Of a DNA stretch of 64,000 bases, positions 57,302 to 64,000 are shown one piece after another. A program made the position numbers and the translations under genes. Source of the DNA: a virus; IMG/VR virus record IMGVR_UViG_3300036766_000416, positions 64,001-128,000 of that record; one strand, given 5' to 3'. Under the pieces are notes generated by a model, which was not told where the DNA came from, did no database searches, and saw only the letters and a list, made by a program, of their open reading frames with translations. Every line of letters begins with the position of its first letter. The first letter of the stretch is position 1.

Positions 57302-58878
57302 ACTACTTCTATGAACGGGGCACCGAACTACTCGAATCACCCGTCAACAAAACGTTCGACGAACTGTTGGTCATGAGCACCGAGGAATTTCGACAATGGG
57401 TCATCGACCTTCGCAAGACCGTCGTGTACCTCTGGGATACCAAGGGACAGCCGCCACGGGTGGGCTACGACGAAGCAGGGATCATCAAACAGTTTCGGGA
57501 ACTAGAGCCCTTCATCACCGAGACCTTCGAGCAGCTTGACGAGTGCACCGGTGAACGGAACGTGATCCGCAACACCTCGAACCTTGGGAACGCGGTGAAC
57601 CAGTGGTTTCCCACGATGATGAAGGTGCGTATCAACTACACGAAGGACGTCGACGCAGGGAAATCTATCTACGATTTTTTCGCTAAGGACTCTTTGCTCG
57701 ATACGTTCGTGACCTATGCGTCAAGACATTTTCACAGAGACTCGTTCTACAACTTCTCGCTGACCTTGCAGGCCTCTGACACCACACGGTACGGTCAGGT
57801 CCCTGTGGCGACAACGGGTCTGGAGTGGGTCCGACAATTCGAGACTGATGGGTACCGCAACCGTGGACAGTGGGATTACTGGCTCGAAACGATAGCTGCC
57901 ACGAAAACTTATACGGGCTACAACGAAGTTCTCAAAGACCGTCAGTACCTCCAGGTGTCTCAGCAAGAATTGGAGACCCTAGGTGACCTGGTACCCGCCC
58001 GATGCACAACCAACATCAACAGGTCCAAAGGTGACCTCTGTGCCATCAGGGTCTATGAGACCGGGCAGAAGGTGTTTCCAGTAGGCCTCAAGGCATTCCG
58101 TATGAGCTTCTGCCAGTACGCGGTCCAATGGCCTCCATTGACAGCCAAGCATATCATTGAACGGTTTACAAACGAGTGGAAATCTGAACCCACAATATAT
58201 TGTTGGGACCCTAGTGCTGGGTGGGGCGGGCGATTGCTCGGTGCTTTGGCAGTCGAGGATAAGCGTCACATCACCTATCTGGCCAATGACCCCAACAGCG
58301 ATCATACAACAACTCTAGGGCGGACTAAGTATCACGAGGTATACGACTTCTATTGCCAGCACGTTCCTAAAGGTGGAATTTTTGGTGCGGAGCACACTGA
58401 ATTCAAATTTTGGCAACTGGGGTCGGAGCTGATGCACCGTGACCCCGGCTTTTGTGAATATAAAGGAAAAATATCTCTGGTGTTTACCAGCCCACCATAT
58501 TTTTGCAAAGAAGCCTACTCGGAGGACCCCTCACAGTCCTACAAGAAATTCTCGCAGTACGATCAGTGGCGCGATGGGTTTCTCAAGAGGACCTTGGAGA
58601 CTGCTGTTGAGTGGTTGCGACCCGGTGGGTATCTGGCTTGGAATATAGCGAACGCCACATTTAGCGGAGATAGATTGCCCTTAGAAAATGATTCCAATGT
58701 TATCCTAAAATCGCTTGGTATGGAGTACGTGCAGGTGCTGAAAATGTCCCTTGCTCAAACCCCGGGCGGCAATAGACTAGACAAAGTTACAGGACTTCCA
58801 AAAACAGAGCATTCCTGCAAAGTGGGAGGGTTGTGGTTGAAATGGGAACCTATTCTAATATGGCGCAAACCGAAATAA
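57298..58878 (+). CDS. SAM-dependent DNA amino-methyltransferase-fold protein (SPPY type)
   Basis: WDPSAGWGGRLLGA (motif I), VFTSPPYFCKE.YS (motif IV), LRPGG; ATGA overlap with the PLP gene; long N-terminal region of unknown function. Confidence 0.75.
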   Translation: MNYFYERGTELLESPVNKTFDELLVMSTEEFRQWVIDLRKTVVYLWDTKGQPPRVGYDEAGIIKQFRELEPFITETFEQLDECTGERNVIRNTSNLGNAVNQWFPTMMKVRINYTKDVDAGKSIYDFFAKDSLLDTFVTYASRHFHRDSFYNFSLTLQASDTTRYGQVPVATTGLEWVRQFETDGYRNRGQWDYWLETIAATKTYTGYNEVLKDRQYLQVSQQELETLGDLVPARCTTNINRSKGDLCAIRVYETGQKVFPVGLKAFRMSFCQYAVQWPPLTAKHIIERFTNEWKSEPTIYCWDPSAGWGGRLLGALAVEDKRHITYLANDPNSDHTTTLGRTKYHEVYDFYCQHVPKGGIFGAEHTEFKFWQLGSELMHRDPGFCEYKGKISLVFTSPPYFCKEAYSEDPSQSYKKFSQYDQWRDGFLKRTLETAVEWLRPGGYLAWNIANATFSGDRLPLENDSNVILKSLGMEYVQVLKMSLAQTPGGNRLDKVTGLPKTEHSCKVGGLWLKWEPILIWRKPK

Positions 58879-59464
58879 CTTCAGTACATTTCCATCCTTT
58901 ATGATGCCTCCTTTCCCCGCGAGATGTTGACCACATGTGGCTAACATTCAGCTTATTGGTTCTACAGAACCCCTTCAGGTTTGTTATTTGAAAAGTACTC
59001 CCGGCAGGTGATGTCACCTCCCAGTGTTTATCTCTCTTTCCGCGTATAACTTCAGCAACTTTCCTAACATGTTCTGGGGATTGTGGACCCGTTTTTATTC
59101 CTCTATTCCAGGGAATTCTTCTCTTGAACCTCGCAATAGTCTCTGGCGAGTGTCTGAAACCAAGTTGTCCCTCTCCGCCGTAGGGCATATTATAGCCCTT
59201 GCCAGTAGAGTAGTGTGAATCATAAAGACGAATAAAATAACCCTCCATAATGTTCAACACAAAATCTTTATCAGGTGACTCATACTCAATAGTCCAATCG
59301 AATCCAGACGCACCATATTTCTTGATGGCTTGATGAAACACAACCCCCTGAGCTTTTGACTTTGCTTCCCATAGATGGATATACTTTCGTTTAGGCCAAG
59401 CAGAGTCGTACCCGATATAGACTTTTCCGTTGGTCTTGTTTGTCGCTTTATAAATGACAGGCAT
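58850..59464 (-). CDS. GIY-YIG homing endonuclease (only minus-strand gene)
   Basis: VIYKATNKTNGKVYIG, E..FI..Y.S....GYN, HSPETI NUMOD3-like motif, C-terminal SPAG...NLKGFCR.N.L...HM like the 43366 gene. Confidence 0.85.
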   Translation of the reverse strand: MPVIYKATNKTNGKVYIGYDSAWPKRKYIHLWEAKSKAQGVVFHQAIKKYGASGFDWTIEYESPDKDFVLNIMEGYFIRLYDSHYSTGKGYNMPYGGEGQLGFRHSPETIARFKRRIPWNRGIKTGPQSPEHVRKVAEVIRGKRDKHWEVTSPAGSTFQITNLKGFCRTNKLNVSHMWSTSRGERRHHKGWKCTEVISVCAILE

Positions 59465-59556
59465 AACGTTACTTATACGCGATCCACTGTGACAAAAATC
59501 CCACAGTTTTATAATGCTGGTCTAATCTAATTCTAATCTTCCCGCCCGTTTCCTGC

Positions 59557-59585
59557 TTGACACCCACCCCGGTACATGATACGCT
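59557..59585 (+). promoter_or_regulatory. Sigma70-type promoter
   Basis: TTGACA (59557-62), 17-nt spacer, TGA-TACGCT (59580-85). Confidence 0.65.
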
Positions 59586-59591
59586 TAGTGT

Positions 59592-59855
59592 ATGAACAAA
59601 GCACTCATCCCTGTCAATTCAGTTGTCACCCACCTCAGCAAGTATGGCATGAAGAAACAAGCCGGACTCGTTGTGGCTGATGCCGGGACCAAGTATGGTC
59701 GGCAGTATGTTTGGGTGTCGTGGGTCGCCCCTAAGACTCTCGTGGTCATGCAGACCGCCTTTTGGACCCAGGTTTTGAGGGTTTCCGACCAGACTGCCCA
59801 AGAATTTATTAAACAGACAGCAAAATCAATGAGTTACGCCGAGAATAGGGCTTGA
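59592..59855 (+). CDS. Hypothetical early protein (87 aa)
   Basis: ATG 6 nt after the -10 box; fills the gap between two promoters. Confidence 0.55.
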   Translation: MNKALIPVNSVVTHLSKYGMKKQAGLVVADAGTKYGRQYVWVSWVAPKTLVVMQTAFWTQVLRVSDQTAQEFIKQTAKSMSYAENRA

Positions 59856-59879
59856 CATTCCGGTAGGATATGATAGAAT
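59852..59879 (+). promoter_or_regulatory. Sigma70-type promoter
   Basis: TTGACA (59852-57), 16-nt spacer, TGA-TAGAAT (59874-79). Confidence 0.7.
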
Positions 59880-59885
59880 TAAGAC

Positions 59886-62348
59886 GTGGATAAGAGAGAA
59901 AACCTAGAGACCAAAAAAAGCATGTTTACCGTTGAAACCAAGAGTATGCTCGCCAAGCTGATGGCCGCTGAGAATATCAAAGTTGAGCACCGAGTCTGCA
60001 AGACCGCTAGCTTCAACCTCAAGACCCGCACGTTGACCTGCCCGATCTGGAACAATATGTCAGGCGACCTCTATGACCTACTGATGGGGCATGAGGTTTC
60101 TCACGCCAAGAACACTCCGATGAACGGATGGCACGATTCTGTAGTCTATGCCGGGGGTGACAAAAAAGCCTCTGCGATGGCACAGAAAGCCTTCAAGAAC
60201 TTCCTCAATGTCGTTGAGGATGCCCGTATCGAAAAGCTGATCAAGCGAACCTACCCCGGGCTCCGACAACCAATGATCCGGGCCTACAAGGAATTGGTCG
60301 CCAAAGACTTTTTTGGACTGTCTGCAATCTCGGACTTCAATGAACTGTATCTGATCGACCGCTTGAACCTCGCTGCGAAGTGCGGGTCATCGCTCAATAT
60401 TCGATTCTCGAAAAAAGAACAACCCCTCTATGATGAAATGATGACCCTGGAGACCTGGGATCAAGTTGTGGCCCTTGCGAAAAAACTCTACAAGCATAGT
60501 GTCGATGAGCAAAAAGATGGCGAGCAAAAAAAGAAAGAGTTAGCCGATCACCTCAAGGATTCTTTACAGGATCAAGATGAGGGCGAGGATGGAGAAGAGG
60601 GAGAAGAATCTGATTGGGATGAGGATTATGATTCTGAGGAAACTGAGGATGGGGACCGCAATGAAACGGGTTCCGATGACCTCGATTCTGATGAAGAAGA
60701 TCCTGATTCTGAGAAAGCTGATGGTCAGGATAGTGACGCCGAGGGCGAAGATGCCGATGGCGACAAAGAAGAAAAGGCCGACGATAAGACCACCAAGAAG
60801 TCGAAGGACGAGGGTGAGGGAAACCGAACCAAGGATTCTGACAAGAAACCTGCCGGAAACAAGAGCGACGGGGAGGGTGCTGGGCAGCAAGAAACGACTC
60901 AGGACCAGGAATTTATTCCCAAAGCGAAAACCGACGAGTCATTCCGTAACATGGAGCAAAATCTTGTCGCGGATAGCAATGTGGTCCCAATGGACGTCAT
61001 TATCCCGACCCCGAACCTCAAGGACCTTGTGGCCCCCGCTGCTGTAGTCAATAAGGGTCTCACGTCGTTCTATGCTGGATACCGAGCCAAGGGTATTCAA
61101 CTGCTGAACGAATTCAAGAAAAAGAACGAGGATTATATCTCATTGCTCGCCAAAGAGTTCGAGATGAAGAAAGCTGCGCGGTCCTACGCGAAAGCAAAAA
61201 TTTCCGACACTGGGGATATCAATGTCAACAAGCTTGCGAACTATAAGTTGGAAGACAATATGTTCAAAAAACTCATGGTGGTCCACAAAGGAAAGTCACA
61301 TGGGCTTGTATTGATCCTGGACAAGTCTGGGTCGATGTCCGAGCATATCAAAGGGGCCATGGAGCAGATTCTTGTGATGGCACTCTTCTGCAGAAAAGTC
61401 AATATCCCGTTCGTGGCGTATAGCTTCAGTGACAATGTAGGATCTGCTCGCAGCCACGATTTTCCTGGGCGAGAGGTATATTCACCGAACCCCCTGAAGC
61501 CGTTCAGCACCAAAGAGGGTGAGATGTTCATGGGAAACCTCGACCTTCGGGAGATGTTCAATTCGAAGATGCCCGCGCACGAATTTACGCAAGCGATTGC
61601 CAATCACCTGTTATTGTTGAATGGATTCAAGGGACGAGACGGCATGGGTATCCCTGAGCACGAACGAATGGGTTCGACGCCGCTCAATGAGGCGTTGGTC
61701 GCCTTGAGAGACATGATCCGAAACTTCAAGAAAGCTCATCGCCTGGACATTGTGAATGCCATCGTGGTACATGACGGAGATTCTGACGGGAACAGGGAAG
61801 TGCATGGACCTACTCAGAATTCTAGCTGGCAGAGAAAACGGTTTGACCCTCAGCATATGCGAGTAACCCTGATCGACCACAAAGAACACCTGCGCGTGGA
61901 CGTGCCCAAGGATTATCGGGGCGTGACCATTGCCCTGATGAAGTGGGTTCAAATGACCGCCGATTGCGGGGTCTTTGGATTCTTCATCACCGGGAACACC
62001 GCCAAGAGTGCCAAGCGTGGAATCATGGGTCTCTATCAGAACAAACAAGGGATCAGAATGAAGTTCGGCGGTCGCCTGGATCAACCTGTGGCCGACCAAA
62101 TGATCTTGCTGGACAAGCTCGCCAAGGAAGTGATCGAGCATAAATTTCTCGAATCCTACTCTGACGGCTATACGCGATTCTATTTCATCCCAGGCTCAAC
62201 GGAATTGCAGACCAGCAATGACACCATGGTGATTCATGGGGGCAAGTGGACCCCTTTCCGCCTCCTGGCCGCCTTCAAAAAGGTACACCAGAAGCGCCGA
62301 GTGAGTAGGGTTTTAGTCAATCGCTTCATTGAACTGATGAGCGTCTAG
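59886..62348 (+). CDS. Metallopeptidase-like/vWA (CobT-like) protein, partner of the MoxR ATPase
   Basis: GHEVSH (HExxH) plus NVVEDARIEK; acidic low-complexity linker; LILDKSGSM MIDAS, STPLNEAL, HDGD. Start GTG 59886 or ATG 59922. Confidence 0.8.
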   Translation: MDKRENLETKKSMFTVETKSMLAKLMAAENIKVEHRVCKTASFNLKTRTLTCPIWNNMSGDLYDLLMGHEVSHAKNTPMNGWHDSVVYAGGDKKASAMAQKAFKNFLNVVEDARIEKLIKRTYPGLRQPMIRAYKELVAKDFFGLSAISDFNELYLIDRLNLAAKCGSSLNIRFSKKEQPLYDEMMTLETWDQVVALAKKLYKHSVDEQKDGEQKKKELADHLKDSLQDQDEGEDGEEGEESDWDEDYDSEETEDGDRNETGSDDLDSDEEDPDSEKADGQDSDAEGEDADGDKEEKADDKTTKKSKDEGEGNRTKDSDKKPAGNKSDGEGAGQQETTQDQEFIPKAKTDESFRNMEQNLVADSNVVPMDVIIPTPNLKDLVAPAAVVNKGLTSFYAGYRAKGIQLLNEFKKKNEDYISLLAKEFEMKKAARSYAKAKISDTGDINVNKLANYKLEDNMFKKLMVVHKGKSHGLVLILDKSGSMSEHIKGAMEQILVMALFCRKVNIPFVAYSFSDNVGSARSHDFPGREVYSPNPLKPFSTKEGEMFMGNLDLREMFNSKMPAHEFTQAIANHLLLLNGFKGRDGMGIPEHERMGSTPLNEALVALRDMIRNFKKAHRLDIVNAIVVHDGDSDGNREVHGPTQNSSWQRKRFDPQHMRVTLIDHKEHLRVDVPKDYRGVTIALMKWVQMTADCGVFGFFITGNTAKSAKRGIMGLYQNKQGIRMKFGGRLDQPVADQMILLDKLAKEVIEHKFLESYSDGYTRFYFIPGSTELQTSNDTMVIHGGKWTPFRLLAAFKKVHQKRRVSRVLVNRFIELMSV

Positions 62349-62487
62349 AATGCCCTCCAAGGGGTCCAAAAAGAGTGGGTATGCTAGGACATTGGTGCCC
62401 ACTCAATCGACCCTCCTGGACCCTTTGCGGGGGTCGTTTGAGTGTTCAAAAGTGGACATTATAAACCTCTAATGTGGCTCATAGAAC

Positions 62488-62516
62488 TTGACAGGGACCT
62501 CGGTGTTTGATAGAAT
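62488..62516 (+). promoter_or_regulatory. Sigma70-type promoter
   Basis: TTGACA (62488-93), 17-nt spacer, TGA-TAGAAT (62511-16). Confidence 0.75.
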
Positions 62517-62563
62517 TAGATCATGGATAGCAGAGAAAACCAACTAATTGGGAGTGACAGATA

Positions 62564-63787
62564 ATGAGCGCCAGAAGTGAAAGCCGTGAAAAGTTCCTAG
62601 CCCTGTTGATTGCGACCGGAAAAGCGACCGTGACCACCAAGGAATTACTGGACCTGTGCGAAGCGAACGACCTCAAGGAACCTCAGTGGTTTACCAAGGA
62701 CACCGCGAACCGAGCGGGGCGTGGTCAGTTTCTCGTGCCGAATGGGGCTGTGCCAGTCTCATCGAAATTCAGTGCCCCTGCCCTCGAACCGAAAATTGTG
62801 GAAGAAGAAGTGGTGGCCTTTCAACCCCTCACGGGCAAACCGAAACCCCGGGTTATCTCCGTCGTGACCGACCTTGAGGACCAGGGTATTGTTCCCATCA
62901 AGTATAAAAATTATGTACCCTTTGGCAACTTTGAGGACCTCAAGTCTATCATCGTTTCTCGCCAATTCTACCCTGTGTTCATCACGGGCCCTTCTGGTAA
63001 TGGGAAGTCTATGTCCGTGGAGCAAGTTTGCGCCCTACTGGGGCGCGAGTATGTTTGCGTTTCCATGACCCCTGAGACCGATGAGGGTGACCTTCTCGGA
63101 AACTACATTCTTCTCGATAATCAGATGGTCTGGCGTGACGGTGCCGTGACAACGGCCGCTCGCCGTGGGGCTGTCTTGTGCATCGACGAGATTGACTACG
63201 GAGCCCAGAACCTTTCGTGCCTCCAGAGAGTCTTGGAAGGGAAGCCATTCTTACTGAAAAAGAAGGGTGAGATTGTCACTCCGGCGCCTGGATTCCAGAT
63301 TATTGCGACCGCTAACACCAAAGGAAAAGGTTCTGAGGATGGTCGCTACATGTTCACCAACGTGCTCAACGAGGCCTTCCTTGAGCGATTTCCCATCACC
63401 TTCGAGCAAGAGTGGGCACCTCAGGTGGTTGAGCGGAAAATTATCAAGAAAGAACTGGAAGCCGCGGGTCGGGGCGATGATGAGTTTGCCAATCACCTCG
63501 TGATCTGGGCTTCTACAATTCGCAAAGCCTACGATGAGGAGGGTGCGTCAAGTGAAGTGATTTCCACTAGACGACTCGTTCACATTGCCAGAGCGTATCC
63601 GATCTTCGGTGGTGACAGACTCAAGGCAATTCGGTATTGTCTAAACCGCTTTGACGAAGAAACAAAAAAAAGTTTCATAGATTTATATTCAAAGGTCGAT
63701 TCGAGCATAGTTATACAAAATACTATGGCAGGTGAAGGCACTCAAGACGGATCGGAGAATACAACACAAGAGCCTGTCACTGTCTAA
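62564..63787 (+). CDS. MoxR/CobS-like AAA+ ATPase
   Basis: FITGPSGNGKS Walker A, LCIDEID Walker B, ATANTKGKG, NVLNEAFLERF, ISTRRL; typical of the T4-like CobS-annotated ATPase. Confidence 0.9.
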   Translation: MSARSESREKFLALLIATGKATVTTKELLDLCEANDLKEPQWFTKDTANRAGRGQFLVPNGAVPVSSKFSAPALEPKIVEEEVVAFQPLTGKPKPRVISVVTDLEDQGIVPIKYKNYVPFGNFEDLKSIIVSRQFYPVFITGPSGNGKSMSVEQVCALLGREYVCVSMTPETDEGDLLGNYILLDNQMVWRDGAVTTAARRGAVLCIDEIDYGAQNLSCLQRVLEGKPFLLKKKGEIVTPAPGFQIIATANTKGKGSEDGRYMFTNVLNEAFLERFPITFEQEWAPQVVERKIIKKELEAAGRGDDEFANHLVIWASTIRKAYDEEGASSEVISTRRLVHIARAYPIFGGDRLKAIRYCLNRFDEETKKSFIDLYSKVDSSIVIQNTMAGEGTQDGSENTTQEPVTV

Positions 63788-63858
63788 ACCGACAACGATC
63801 AAAATGCCAACGGGTCATGGTATTACTACCACTGAGTATCTTGGTAGCGAAATAGTTC

Positions 63859-63887
63859 TTGACAATCCACCGAAATTATGTTATCAT
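63859..63887 (+). promoter_or_regulatory. Sigma70-type promoter
   Basis: TTGACA (63859-64), 17-nt spacer, extended TGT-TATCAT (63882-87). Confidence 0.7.
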
Positions 63888-63972
63888 AGTCCTCAATCGT
63901 GCGAGGTTCTTTGTGAGCCAGCACAGGGAATGGGGCGACCTCTTTTTCGTCCCAATTATAGTGAGGTGTTCC

Positions 63973-64000
63973 TATGAGTCATGTTTCAGCAAAGTCACGC
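63973..64000 (+). CDS. Start of a downstream gene (3'-partial, MSHVSAKSR...)
   Basis: GAGGTG SD before ATG 63973; the frame runs off the window end. Confidence 0.45.

Noticed and set aside
62564-63787. Cobalamin biosynthesis (cobS) auxiliary gene
   Set aside because: No cobN or other cob genes here; it is a MoxR-type ATPase paired with a vWA protein, a common T4-like module.
1-64000. tRNA/rRNA genes, introns, inteins, reverse transcriptase, stop-codon reassignment
   Set aside because: No cloverleaf or rRNA-like segment recognised; core genes have normal length and are uninterrupted; TAA, TAG and TGA all end genes at expected positions. A tRNAscan/Infernal run would be needed to exclude small RNAs fully.

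Overview
A 64-kb segment of a large T4-like myophage (cyanophage/pelagiphage-type gene order, standard code, nearly all genes on the + strand). 1-25 kb is an accessory tail/adhesion region: at least three paralogous ~600-aa fibre proteins, a 3686-aa repeat fibre, three paralogous six-repeat Kelch-like propeller proteins and a Gly-rich protein. 25.8-42.2 kb is the neck/terminase/tail/head core (gp13-gp23), with an iscU-iscA Fe-S assembly pair inserted between gp13 and gp14. 42.8-50.6 kb holds gp3, uvsY, uvsW, gp55, gp47, gp46 and a peptide deformylase. 50.6-58.9 kb is a candidate DNA-modification island: a GNAT-like/2OG-Fe(II) hydroxylase fusion, a nuclease-helicase-methyltransferase fusion, two half-methyltransferase ORFs, a PLP enzyme and an SPPY amino-methyltransferase-fold protein. 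The window ends with a peptidase-vWA / MoxR(CobS-like) AAA+ pair. There are seven free-standing homing endonuclease genes or remnants, CATAAATA late promoters, and sigma70-type promoters that often look leaderless. All product calls come from motif recognition and gene order; no database search was run.
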